This document shows, one piece after another, positions 43,629 to 57,225 of a DNA stretch of 64,000 nucleotides. How positions within the stretch are numbered: the stretch's first letter is position 1; every line of letters begins with the position of its first letter. The notes under the pieces were generated by a model. It searched no databases. It saw nothing but the letters and a program-made list of their open reading frames with translations, and was not told where the DNA came from. The DNA comes from Paraspadella gotoi. Lineage: Eukaryota; Animalia; Chaetognatha. The stretch is taken from assembly GCA_051294375.1 (NCBI GenBank), contig CM119269.1, positions 17,594,265 through 17,658,264 of the forward strand, given 5' to 3'. Both the position numbers and the translations under genes were made by a program.

Positions 43629-46600
43629 TCAAACAATGGATCCGGGCCATGAAACGATTGTTAGCGAAACGTTGGAAGTTCCTCGAGCCTACACAGAGGG
43701 GAGGGGGAAGCAGAGATAATAAATTTAATAAAGATCAATAATTATTTAAACAATAACAAAAAAAGTAAATAAAAAAATCTATACTTTAAAACGAGCTATT
43801 TAACAAATGATTATCAAATGTTAACTCGGAGCGTTAAAACGATTTCCTCGCTTACCCTGGGTCTTCCCTTGAGCAGCCGAACGGCGGTGGAGTGGCGAAC
43901 TGAAGAGAGGCTGAAGGAGTCGACGGCAACGACGACGTCGCCGCTGCGGAGTCGCCCGTCGACGCCAGCGGGGGAACCCGGCACCACCGACTTGACGAAG
44001 ATAGACTGTGGAATGTGGATGGGCGAGAAGGCCGAAGGTGGGGGAGCGTTTTATTTGTCGTTAATTTTTTCTTTTTTTCTTTTTTTCGCTCATTCCATTG
44101 TTTATAAAAAAATAAATTTCACTCCGAGTACACTTAAAATATTTAAATAATTATAAAAAAACCTGGGACAAAAGGCAGCCCGAGTCTATCCCTCCCACGA
44201 TGGAAAATCCGAGGCTTCCATTCGGAGATCTTTTGATCGTGATAGTTTTCAGCGGTTCCACCTGAAAAATTCATTGATTTATAGATTACTGATACTGGAA
44301 ATGGCATTGATGAGATATCTGTCGAAAGTTTCTAAAATGAATATTAAAAATACTACATATACAATACATATAGTATGAAAATTAAAAATACTTCCTGTTA
44401 TTTCATTACCGCATAAAATTATTTACTAACCGATTGCTTGTAAAATGTACCGATTGATTGATTGATTGCTGGATTGATAAATCCACAATTGGCTCACCAA
44501 CGAGGGAAGTCGGAGCCAATAATCCCAGGTGGGGACGAAGGAGCGAAGTCGCGATTCCTCAAAGGAAGAGACGGAGGAGGAAAAAGATGAAGAGGAGGAG
44601 GAGATGAGGTGGAGGGTCAGAGAAGACGACGCTGCCGCGGATTTGAGAATGTCCACGGATTCCGAGTGAGACACTCCTGGCGGAGATTGGCGAGATGGGG
44701 TTAGAGGAAGATGGGGGTAGGATGTTGGATGTTGGAGGAATATGGGGGTAGGATGTTGGAAGTAAGAGGAGGAAAAAGGAGGTAGTGGGAGAGGAACGAG
44801 GAAAAATAAGAATTTGAAAATATATTTGATCATTTTAGTTTTAAAATATAATAATAAACGAATAAGTTTGACCTTCTCCGAGTCTCCCGAGCCAGCTTCC
44901 GGTTCCCACCTTAACTCACCCAACAACGAAACTCCGTTAACCCGCGTCAAAACGTCGCCGGGTTTGACGCCCCCGTTTTTCTCGGCGACGCCGCCCGGCG
45001 TCAACTTGGAGACGTAGATGGGAACATCGTGGCCGCGGGAGGGCGTCGAGGATTTCCTGAGAACGATGAAGATGTTATAAATACTGAAACAAAAACCGGA
45101 AATTTTAAGGAGTTGAATTTTCGTGGACGTATTTCCCGTATATCACACATTGTACACAAGTATGAAGCATATGCACAACAAGCACTTATTTGTTGATCAC
45201 TTATTTGTAAAATAACCAAGTATTACACGACTTATTTCGTATTGACTTTTTAAAAAAAACCTGTGACTCCTCTTCCTTCCTTCCTTTTCTCCCGCGTCGT
45301 TACGAAACGACGACGACGACGACGACGACGACGCTTTTCCTCCGGCGACAGAAAATCCCAAAGACTCGTCGATCGGTTTCTTGATGTGGACGACGAATTC
45401 GGCCGCGGATCTGACGTTTAATTTATTTTAAAATGTATTTTAATTTCAATAGCTCAGACTTTCTTTCTAGTGTGTCCCAATGACCCAATCATTGACCCAA
45501 CTCACTTAAACCCAACGCCTCGTCTCCTCACCTGACGGACGGATTCCTCGACGCCTTCAAACGATCGTCCCTTCGCATCCTCCACGTACGAGTTCGAGTC
45601 TCTCGTCGTCCGGACGAACCTTCTCCCTCCTCTCCTCTCTCCCTTCCTCCATTTCCCTCCCCGCTTCCTCTTCCTCCTCCTCCTCCTCCTCCTCCTCCTC
45701 CGAGAAAGGAAGAGACGCTTGCTCCGATTTCGTCGTCGGCTTTGGGCGGCGGCAACGCGACGCTTCGGCCGCAGTTGACGAGCACCGTCTCCACGCCAAC
45801 TTCCTCGTCCGCCTCCCTTCCCCCTTCTTCGCTTCCTCTTATTTTGCCGTCGACTTCTTCGTCGTTTTCCTCGTCGTCGTCGTCGTCATCGTCGACCGGA
45901 AGTCGCGCGACGATGAATTCGACGACGACTGAGTCTTGGATGAGTTGGACAGCCTGAGTTGTGGGGCGGGGTTAATAAACGAGACTGAGAGAGAGTCTTG
46001 ATTGAAAGCTTGCAGGGACCTGCTATGTCATTATCTTGTAAGAGTGATGGAGGCCTTAAACCACCAAAGCCTGTCCAAAGTCAGGGGCAAGATAGCTTAT
46101 TTATTAAATGAATGGATACTTTTTATATTGGTTGTACCAATTTCATAGCATGAGCATTGAGCAAAGAAGACGACGCTGAAGAAAACGATTTACAAAGTAC
46201 AGAAAGAAAAAAATAATCTATCGGAAAAAAAATATTAACCTTTAGCTGATCGATTTTTCCCACATCGACGCCATTGATCTCCAGGATTCTGTCTTCAGCC
46301 TTGAGTCTTCCATCTTCCGCGGCCAACCCACCTTCAATGAGCTCGTCCACGTAGAGACCTGGAAAATCAAAGGTTCAATGTTGGTCTGCTCTTCTTAGTT
46401 CGACACGAACGAAAACTTCTTTCCTTAGAATACAGTTTCATAGAATGACACAACCTGCCCCAGCGCCCTCACCTACTCCAGCGCCCATCCTCCTTCTCGT
46501 AGTCAACTTGATCCCAAAACTTCGCCCCTCCGCCTTCTCCAACTCCACCTTCAACGTCTCTTCGCGCGCCGTCAATTTCCCGCATTCTTCCGTCGCTTCG

Positions 46601-46812
46601 CGGTAGACGGCGAGTCGGAGCTGAAAGAACCAATGGGAGAAAAGAAATGAAGGAACCAATCAACGAACGAGTTTTTTTTTCTCTTTTTTTTTCACCTTCG
46701 ACTTCGCCTCAGATTCTCTGAGGATAAATTCCACGCATCGTTTGTGATTCATCACCGTCAAATCTTTCCCGTTGACGTCGAGTATCTGAAAATCACGTCA
46801 ACACCTGTTGTC

Positions 46813-46862
<50 letters not shown>

Positions 46863-48162
46863 CTGGTCATTCGGCCGAAGCCTGCCGTCACTTCCGACAG
46901 CACCACCTGCGAAAACTTCCTGAACGATGAGATAGATGAGGGGCGTGTCTGCGCCACCTATCAACGCCATCCCGAGATCGTAGCCACTGCCTGTCAAGAA
47001 TAATTTAAAAGTAACGAGAATTTTAAAAGTTAATTCTTTTTAAATATAATTAACCTGGAGTTGATATTTCAATGTTAGAAACGACTCCATTTCCAATTGT
47101 CTCCGAAATAACGTTCGAATTCTAAAAAAAAAAAATAATCTAATAATATTGCGAAATTGATTAAGAATTAATGATTTAAAACCAACTTGGTAAAATAGGC
47201 ATTCGGCGACGTGTCCCTGTAAAAAGGCCCGTGGCCCCGTGAACCCGCATCCAAGGTTAGCTCGAGCGCATCCGACCGGAGCGCCGAGGCAGCGGTTGGC
47301 CAGGTGCGCCTCCAATTCGCATCTGAAGACGAGACTTTTTATGAAAAAACTGAGACGAAAACAAAAGACAATCGAAAAATAATTGAAGAAGAACCTTTGC
47401 AATCTCTGGTCGCAAAATTCCCTGTTGGGGCAGACGACGAGAAGTTTGTCCAAGAGTTTGTTAACCAAAATAGAAGACGCGGAGAGTTCTTTGAAGGTCA
47501 AGGAATTTCGATCGGTCGGGCAGAATCTGGGGGAAAAACAAATAAAATAATTTTAAAAATTAAAAAGAAGAAACAAACAAAGTGAATCGGCTTTAAATAA
47601 ATAGAATTTAGTTTTAAATAAATCGAAGCATTCTTTATTAATTTATCCGTATGCAAAAAAGTCATAATCATTCGTTGAAATTTAACAACATACCTTCAAC
47701 ATACATCAATACCTTTTGAAAACGCAAATGCGACTTTATGCACGGATAACAAAACGTGTGTCCGCAAATTGTGTCAAGGGATAAACTAATGATAAAAAAC
47801 GATGAAAGTGAGGCGACTAAAATGAATTTTCTTCGTAAAAATTTGTATGAGAGCAACGTCGAAAACTAACCGAGTGTTTGTAGACAAATTTGACAGTTGA
47901 GGTCTTCGTCCACGAAGTCCGCGTAGTCGAAGAGGTGCGCTCCGGTCTTCTCGTGGAAATTGGCCGCAGCGAAGGCAGAGGACGGACTCCTCTACGAGAG
48001 GCGTCGCGAGGAGGTGGGTTCGTCCCGAGGGGAGGAGGTGGTGGGGGAGATGGAGGATCGTCTATTGAAGGAGCGTTGGAAGAACGAGAGGGGGAGTGAC
48101 GACGAGCGATCCGATGCGGCGGTCGGTGGTCCGACTAATGGTAATGGTGGAAAGGGAGAGAG

Positions 48163-48250
<88 letters not shown>

Positions 48251-48331
48251 CAAAACAAATTACCAAGCTCGAAGTAGTTATTCTTTGTCACCTGTTGATG
48301 GAGGAACTTTGACGTGAGCTGCTGCGTTCAT
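43629..48331 (-). CDS. LNX: LNX1/2-like E3 ubiquitin ligase (Zn-RING-Zn + 4 PDZ), ~17 exons, with apparent 1-nt indels in exons 2-3
   Basis: [67 protein letters not shown]; four PDZ domains ([33 protein letters not shown]); FVPTWDYWL linker and C-terminus VSWPGSIV, all typical of LNX1/2. Confidence 0.9.
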
Positions 48332-48588
48332 GATTAAGACTTAGACTCCATGATAAATAACCGCTTTCCACGTTTTTAATCTAGTTAATTTCCACCTGCT
48401 GCGACACTCTGCTGAGACAACTTTGGTTCTGAAAGCAGACGGAATAACAATTGCTCACTCCGTCCCCGGTTCTCTCTCGCACTCGCTCTCGCCCTCGCCC
48501 TCGCTCTATACAGATTAAGAAGGAAAGGTCCCAACCAGTTCTCCAACTGACCTTTTGTTTAAAATTCTTTTCGTTTTTCCTTATTAAC

Positions 48589-49308
48589 CCGACACCTACT
48601 GTCAATGATCTTAACTACGATTTTCGTCGAACTTTTTGCGGTTTTCTCAAAAATTCTCAAAAATTCCCTTACTCTTCCGCCTCCGATAAAAATAGCATGG
48701 AGTTATCCTCCAAGGTTCTTTTTCTCCGACCACGTCCATGACCCGCGCGACCGAGAATAACATAAGCTTGACAAAAAGCTACGAATATTTATGAAGAATA
48801 ATCGGAACATTCTGCGTACGAATTTCGTTTTTCTTCATGCACAACTTGTTTTAATTTTAGACAAAAAGGTAAAAATAAATTTTTTTTTATGGAATTGGTA
48901 CAGACAAAATAAAGTTATACATCAATTGAATAAATAGTTTAAGANNNNNNNNNNNNNNNNNNNNNNNNNCCCGACATCTACTGTCAATAATCTTAACTAC
49001 GATTTTCGTCGAACTTTTGCGGTTTTCTCAAAAATTCATAACTCTTCCGCCTCCGATAAAAAATAGCATGGAGTTATCCTCCAAGGTTCTTTTTCTCCGA
49101 CCACGTCATGACACGGCGACCGAGATAACATAGCTTGACAAAAAGCTACGAATATTTATGAAGAATAATCGAACATTCTGCGTAAGAATTTCGTTTTTCT
49201 TCATGCACAACTGTGTTTTAATTTTAGACAAAAAGGTAAAAAATAATTTTTTTATGGAATTGGTACAAGCAAAATAAAGTTATACATCAATTGAATAAAT
49301 AGTTTAAG
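48589..49308 (+). repeat. ~350-bp direct duplicate flanking a 25-N gap (48945-48969)
   Basis: ccgacacctactgtcaat...aatagtttaaga occurs on both sides of the gap with small indels. Confidence 0.9.
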
Positions 49309-50211
49309 AAAAAAAGTAAAAATTTGACAAAAATTTGTAATTCGCCTAAAAAAATTGCCCATACTTACAAACAAATTTTCACCGATAGTCCATACTTAAC
49401 AAATTTACACTGATAGCTATATAACTTAATTTTTCATACAGAAATTTCTCAACATTTAAATTATAAAAATGGTTCCATCTTCGCCTAAAGTCGAAAGAAG
49501 AACGTCGTCAAAAGGTATTACACAAAAATTGTTAAATGAGTCACGTTGCGACTATTGCTGCAACATCTTATTTGCAGCAACCGCAAAGAAGGGAACGACG
49601 TCGAACCGAAACTCTGCGGCGTCCAGGGCGAAAGGAGGACCGGGAATGTGGAGATTCTATTCCGGTGATGAAACGTGAACAAAATATAAGTATTAATATT
49701 ATCTCTCTTCCTCATTTAAAGACTTTGACATCTCGTCCGTTACAGAGGACTCTCCTGGTCTAAGGGTAGGTCCCGTTCCCGCCCTCGTCACTTCGCTTCT
49801 CTTCATCGCCTCCGTTTTCCTCTTGCACATTTGGGGAAAGTTCGCTAAATCTTGATCTCCAAATCTCCAAATCTAAATCCTTCGCTCGTAATAAAATTTA
49901 TTGTACAGAAGAAGTTACATTTTTGTTGTTATTTATCGATTGAAAAAGAAGAATGATGCTGTCAGTGTAAATGTTTATCGTCGACAAATTTTGCTCTCGT
50001 TAAAATGTTGCAATCAAAATTTTATATCATTGTAAATATAATTGAAACGCTTTGTTGTTAGATAACGGTTAGAATTTCATGTTTATGTTTGGGAAAGTTT
50101 GGAGGCAAGCATAAATTTAAAACTTTAAATCTTTAACTTTAAGTCAGTGAAAATTATTAAATACTAAATACATTTTAAAAGTGAAAACAACAAAGAAAAA
50201 ACAACTTAAAA

Positions 50212-53200
50212 TTAAATTAGGCCAGATTCTTTCGTCAAATTATATAGCATACTTGTCTTATCCTTCAAAAGAATTTTCGGACTATTGTATTCCTTTATGA
50301 CTCCTTTATCCAAGACCAGTATTTTATCATAGTCTAGAACAGTATTAATTCTGTGAGCTATGGTAAGAACAGTGCAATGTTTATATTCTCTTCTTATGGT
50401 CGCCTGAATCAACTCATCAGTTTGAAAATCAACTGAGGCTGTGGCTTCGTCCAAAACTAGTATTTTCGACTTTCTTAACAACGCTCTGGCCAGACAAAGT
50501 AGCTGTTGCTGACCTCCAGAAAGATTTTTACCATATTCTGTGCACATGTAGTTCAGTCCTTTCGGCAAATCGGAAACAAACTTTTTGAGGTGGGCCATCT
50601 CGAGAGCTTTCCAAATTGAAGCATCGTCGTAACTTTCGAAAGGATCTAAATTCTGACGCAATGTGCCAGAGAAGATTACTGCGTCCTGTGGAATGATGGA
50701 AAGGCTCGAGCGAAGGTTCAAAAGTCCCATTTGGGCGATGTGACGCGAGTCAATTTCGATCTTTCCTCCCGAAGCTTCGACAATTCGAAACAAGGCCATC
50801 GTTATAGTAGATTTCCCGGCGCCGGTTCTTCCCACGATGCCGACTTTTTCCCCGGAATCGACGCTGAAAGTTAATTCGTTTAAAATATTGTCCTGATTTT
50901 CGCGGTATCTCGTGCTGTAGTTGAGTACGTCCAAACGGCCGAAAGGGATTTGATTTTCTCTTGTCGTTTCCAAACTTCCTCTTTCGCCCTCCTCCTTAAA
51001 CGAAGAATATTCACTCAGGCGTTCCACGGAGACCAAATCCTGTTCCAGTTGCGCCGCGCATCGAATCGCGCAGCCCAAGTTATTGCAGACGTCGAACGCG
51101 TATGTCAAGGAAACGCCGATAATTCCCGTGGTCGTGTCGCTGCCGAGGACGGATAAAAATCCACAAAAGAACAACACCAGCGACGACGTGAGGGAGATAA
51201 AAAAAGAGAGCCATACGTTCGAAGTGAGAAAACTAAACTGCGTTTTGCCGTACTCGTCCAAAACGAGATGCCACTCGGCCAAAAAAATCTCGCTCTTTTC
51301 GAAAAGCGCGAATGGTCACCAAACCCATTTCGGTCTCAGAAAAGTGGGACAGAACGAGGGACATGGAAGAGGATTTCAATCTTCTCAATTGCCTCGACGT
51401 TGGAATGTAGAGTTTTTTGAGACAATAAAAAAACGAGAGGAGGACGGGAACCAAAGTTAAAATCCAGGGTTGAATGAAGCAGATGACAGCGATGAGTAAA
51501 ATGACAAAGATGACCGATTCGAAAAGATGCAGGAGGGAATAATTGATGCGACAATCGACGGCGTCGATGTCTGCGGAAAAGCGATTTATAATTCTTCCCA
51601 GAGGGGTCGTTTCGAAGAACGACATGGGGTATCGCATGATTTGCGTGGAAAGACGTTCGTGAAAAAAATGCGAAGACCGTGCGGTTCCGACGTAGACGGA
51701 AATTCTTATCCCGACAGCGAATACGCACGCGAGTAAGGAAAAAGTGTTATAAATAACCACATTATAGTGAGTTTTAGTGAACTTACCGTCAATTGTATAA
51801 TTGAAAAGAATGGTGGTGTTAGTTTCGTCGATCTCTTTATGATGTTTAATTTCGTCTGTCCATTTTGCGAGCCAAATTCCAATAAATATTTCGAACAATT
51901 GTCCGAGAAAAATGGCGAGGATGCCACCAAAGAAAACTGTCAAGCCCAGCGCTTTTATGTAGCACCAGTACACTGAAAACTCCACCGCTCCGGATTTATT
52001 TTCTTCTTTTCCAATTAGTTTTTCATTTTTATTCTTATTTTCTTTTTTATTTTCTATGATGTCGCCGCGTGATTCCGCAGAACTCCGATCGGATGCTAAA
52101 AATTTGGCCGCGAGGGCTGAAAAATAACCATTTGATCGGATGAGTGTTTGATAATCACCGAATTCGGAAATAGTTCCCTCATTGAGACAAATAATCTTAT
52201 CCACTTGAGACGCGCACGTTATATTGCTCGACACAAAAAGTCTCGTCTTGTTCTTCAGTAACCCGGAGGGGCCAATAACCTTATCAAAAACGTGACGACC
52301 GACTTGGGCATCCACGGCCGATAATGGATTATCTAAAAGGTAGAGGGCGGCACCTTCATAGACCGCTCTCGCAAGCGCCAAACGCAACTTTTGACCTCCA
52401 GAAAGGTTCACACCTTTTTCGCCGATTTCAGTTTCATCGCCTGCAGGCAGAACCTTCAAGTCGGGCAGAAGAGCGCAGGCTTCGAGGACAGTTTCATACC
52501 GGGTCTGATCAAAGGTGTTTCCGAAAAGGATGTTATTGCGTAAAGTGTCATTTTGAATCCATGGTTTTTCTCCCACGAAAGCAACGCTTTTGGTTCGGTA
52601 AACATTTCCGCTCATTCGTTCAGTTTCTCCCAAAATGGACATTAGCAACGAAGTCTTACCCGTCCCTACCTGACCCAGGATTATTGCGCATTGACCTACC
52701 TTCAGATCTAAGTTGATAGATTTTAACGTAGGCTCGAGACTTGAATCCCACCTAAAAGAGCAATCGATCATCTGTAGATCGTAACCCTTTGTCAATGGTT
52801 CCTTCACATATACACAAATTTCCTCCCGTCTCATAAACTCGTTTATTCTGCAGCCGGCCACCCAGAGTTGAACGCTTTGTTCGACGCAGTCCGGCAGCCA
52901 CAACAAACGACCCTTCAAGTTCGAGAAAAGTCCCAAAGAAACGAAAACGATTTCTGGGGTGAGAGTTTTTCCAGAAATCAACGCGAAAACGGAAATGGCG
53001 ATCGCTTGGACGAGTATAGCGGATAGCCGAGTGGTAAAGCTATTCAATATGTTAAACCTCATTACTTTTTTTCTCGTGTCAATCTCCGTTTTTCTCACGG
53101 TTCTAATCCTCTCCAAAAACGCTTCCTCCCACGCGTAAAGTTTCAAAATCTTAATTTGGTTAAGGATTTCGTGAATCATTTTAACTCGCGAGTCTTTGAT

Positions 53201-55104
53201 TTTCATGTAATCCCTCTGGGAAGCTTTTTGCTTTCTCGTGATCGAAGCGATTGTTGGAACCAATACAGTCAAAAGAGCCAATCCCGCGAGAAACGATGGA
53301 CCCAGTTGTTGCCACAAAAGGTAAATATATATAATCAGTTGGACTGGGATAAGCAATCCTTCCAACAAGAAGACAAGCGTTTGAAACTTGGTAGCGTCTT
53401 GGCCGATGAGATTCACCATTTCGCCCAAACTTGATTTCTCGCGCGACTTCACGGACAATCGCAGGCTCTTCGAGTACACGGCGTTTTTCAGCATTCGATC
53501 TATTTTGAGTCCCAGGAAATTTCTGCACCAGAGACGGAAGACGAAAACGAAAGACTCGGTGAAATTGCAAACGCACAGGGTAACCACGTAAAATATTCCT
53601 TTCCAAACCCATTCTTGGTAAGTCATGGTAAGTCTTGGTAAGTCTTGGTCGTGACGGACCTTTGGTCGAAATGCTTCAACAAAATTCCCAACACCAGCGG
53701 CTTAAAGATCTCCAAAGCGAGCCGAACCCCATGAAGTATCAACATCCAAAAGATGCTCCATTTGTAGCAGCGAAGAGCAGTCAAAGTGGCCGAATTGCTG
53801 CGGAATGCCCGCCTGATTTTTTTGGATCCAATGGAATCGAGGGATTGTTTCCTTTAGTTTGGTTTTCCGTCTTAGACGATACGGTCGGCTCGTTGGTAAA
53901 GTTGCACGCCGTTTGGCGTCGAACGCGTCCGCCAAATGTCGGCTGCTGCAATCCGGTGGGATCTCGTCCAGGTCTTCCTGGACGAGATCCTTTTTCAACC
54001 CGCGAAGCAGAAGCGGCGCGATCCAGGCGAAGACCAGGCGCGACGCAGTGCTCGCCTGAATCGGATCAATAAGACACTTTATGGTCCGTCTATCTATTTT
54101 TAATTTATCTTACTGTTTTTGAAAAAAATTAAGAAATTGAACACTACCAAATCGTTTAGCGGATACATGAGATAATCTTAGTTTAGTTTGCATCAGTCAT
54201 ATCAGTCATACTCAAATCTACGAAACATATGCTTAATGTAAAATCTGAATGTACCTTATCGAACGGCGAATTGGATCGCGCAACCGAAAGATGAAAACAA
54301 TTGAGCATCAGCATCGAGATGGAGGCCGCGAAAATGACAGCCGCGCAGACGACGAACTGTCGATCCACCGCTTCTTGATCCAGCGACTGCAGCAGCACCA
54401 CCGACTGCAGCGAAGACATCAAAGTCCAGAAGAAGAACAGCAAGAGCCCCAGCGGGAAGGAAGAGTCGGCGGCCTCAGCGAAGGCGATACCCCAGGCTAG
54501 GGCTGTCGAGACGATCAGCGAGATTGGAGCCGCGAAGGCACGGAGCGGAGGGTCGCCGTGAGCGAATCTAAGGTGAAGCGAAAGCAAGATGGCGGCGGCG
54601 ACGACGACGGCGACGGTGAAGGAGAATTTGATCGTTAACCAGAATTTAACCCGGAATGGGAAGGATCGCCAAAGGTGGAGACGGGGCGGCCGGCGCGTCC
54701 AACTGATAATTCAATAATTTCAATAATTAAATAATTCAATAATTCAAATAACCCGATTAATATTATGATATAACGATGATGAAAAGAATCACCATGCTTA
54801 TTTTAACTCACATCTTCCACGACGCAGCGCGCCAAAAAGAGGAAGCTGCAGGGATGAAAGTCGGAACCGAGTGAAGGAAGCAGAAAGACAGACGCCGGCG
54901 ACGCAGTATTCCGCTGACGTCCCAGTCCCATAAAACATCGCCGCCGCAAAGAAGCGGGAAATAGATGGCGTCGAAACTAGAGGCGTCGGCGGTAAAGTTG
55001 GTGGCGTTTATGGCAGCGCTGGTTAACGTTGGCGGGTTTCGTAACGGCGTCGTTTTAAGGTGAATCGTGTTGTGACCAACGACCGGGTTTGTGGCAGTAG
55101 CCAT
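50212..55104 (-). CDS. ABCC: ABCC/MRP-type ABC transporter (TMD0-L0-TMD1-NBD1-TMD2-NBD2); exons ~55104-54812, 54702-54255, 54055-50212; frameshifts near 53820, 53620-53650 and 51281
   Basis: L0 ASTASRLVFAWIAPLLLRG; IKILKLYAWE; Walker A GQVGTGKT and GRTGAGKS; EIGEKGVNLSGGQK; FFETTPLGRIINRFS; IIPQDAVIFSGTLRQNLDPF; ILVLDEATASVD; TIAHRINT. Functional status is uncertain. Confidence 0.88.
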
Positions 55105-56467
55105 TTCGTTCGTTAAATGATCGTCAAGTGATAATCTTTATCTCCATTCTTGAAAAATGAAGTTTCATTGGGTAAGGTAGAATTTAGAAAGCGGAAAAAA
55201 ACCAAAACCTGTTTTTCAGGTTCACCGACTGAAAGCTCACGAAAAAAGAGTTGACGTTCTAAAATCAAATGAAAGAATTAGAGACCAAAAAAAAAATATG
55301 ATGTTAAACTATTGAACGTACCTGTAAAACCGGTTACATAATGAGTTTGAATAAGAGACGCTCAGTCATAGACCGGGTTCGCTACCAATCAATTTCCCGT
55401 TTTTACGTTTTATTGGTAGCGGTAGCCGACCAATTCAAATTTTAATGGGAACAGCATTAAACTAATCATTATTGCTATAATTATTGTATTAAAATAATTT
55501 TTTTGCAAAAATGTTCCGAACCATGAGTATTGCTATATAATGTCAAAATTTTTTTTGATATTTTATGTTTTTTTAATTGATTCTGGCTTAAATAGTTAAG
55601 CAAAAAATATAATTCCAACTTTTTAAAATTTTCATGTTTTATTACTAAAAATTAGTTTTTCCCAATTTTGTCCTACTTATCATCAAAATATTTAAAAAAG
55701 AATTAAACTTTGTGTAGACAACTTTTTATAAGCCATCTGAATCTGCTTTTAAAAATACAAAATTTAAAAAAAAAATTCCTATCTATAAATAAATATTAAA
55801 AAATGAATTACTAATGCTTCTAGCCATTTTAGAAAATTTTGGTCCATTGGAAGTTTTCTCAGAAATGTATGAAGTTTCATTTGGAAAGGTTCCCAAATCA
55901 AACTTTTGACCCACCCCATTGACAAAGTTTGGTTCTATTATTGGGTTTGTTTTCAAATAATTTTACGGGTGCTTTCGTTTGCTTGTCTTCTGCTTTCTTT
56001 TTACTTTCTAAACTTTTTTCTAACCACCTGAGTGATAATTGTCTTCGCTACTACTATTAGGGAAGTCGCATCGTCCGGTTTGTTGCAACTGACATATTTA
56101 ATTATAGCGCAGAGTATAAATGCTATGTAGTATAGTATACTACATGAATTATCCGTTTAATACACTTATCACTGATTGTCACTAACGTAACCAAATAAAA
56201 AATGTAAGGTATTCGACTATTATAGAAGCAATTTTAAAATTAATGCCTTGTAAAAATCTCTAGTGGCGACACAAACAAAAAAAAAGAAAATGAAAAAAAA
56301 AGAAAGCAAAGAATTGTATTTGTAATCTGAGCTGCGACTTCTCCTTCGTTTACTTCGCGGATTCTCTTCTTTCCTACTTTAATCTCAATTCTTCTCCTTC
56401 TTGTTCACGAAAAGGAAATAGTTCTCTCTCACTCTCTGTCTGTCCTTTCTTTCTTTCTTTCTTTCTT

Positions 56468-56477
56468 NNNNNNNNNN
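56468..56477. other. Assembly gap (10 N) within a (CTTT)n tract
   Basis: N run. Confidence 0.99.
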
Positions 56478-56778
56478 TTTCTTTCTTTCTTTTTCTCTCT
56501 CTCTCACCTTTTTCTCTTACGATCTATATTTCTTTTTCTTTTTTCACTATCAAAAGTGACCAACTCTTTACAGATTTTTAAATCAAAATATCCTTTTTTT
56601 AGTGGATCATTCTACCTTTGTTCGTTCCCTTTTTTCCATTTTTCATTTTCCCTTCTCTCGCTAAAATTCCATTTCTCACAAGATTCACAGTGGGTACCTG
56701 ATCTTTTTGTCATCTAAATGTTTAAAACGGTTTTCAATGCAAAAACGTCGGGGTCCTATTCTTTGCTTTAGTACTTAT

Positions 56779-56821
<43 letters not shown>

Positions 56822-57096
56822 TTCAATCTCGTCTGGGAATAGAAAAAACTACTTATCTTAGTACTGTTTGACAAAGCCGGCTTAAGCGGTGGTCCTGTTT
56901 TCAGACATGTTTCCTCAATAAAGGTTCACCCATATCAAAAACCAGAGCCGTCCGGCCCCAACGCCTTTCCTTGCCTGCATGTCGCGTATAGGGCCTGCCT
57001 GCGCATGCCCAGTTCGTAAAACGACATGCCCGGAATAGATCTCCTCGAAACTCCAAGTTCAGTGACACCCTAAGTTAAATTAAAATTAAGTGTAAT

Positions 57097-57225
<129 letters not shown>

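Noticed and set aside
48589-49308. LTR pair or real duplication
   Set aside because: The copies directly abut a 25-N gap and differ by small indels, which indicates overlapping contig ends.
50212-53626. Bacterial horizontal transfer as the explanation for the intronless ABC transporter
   Set aside because: The full-length TMD0/L0-containing MRP architecture and motifs are eukaryotic ABCC.
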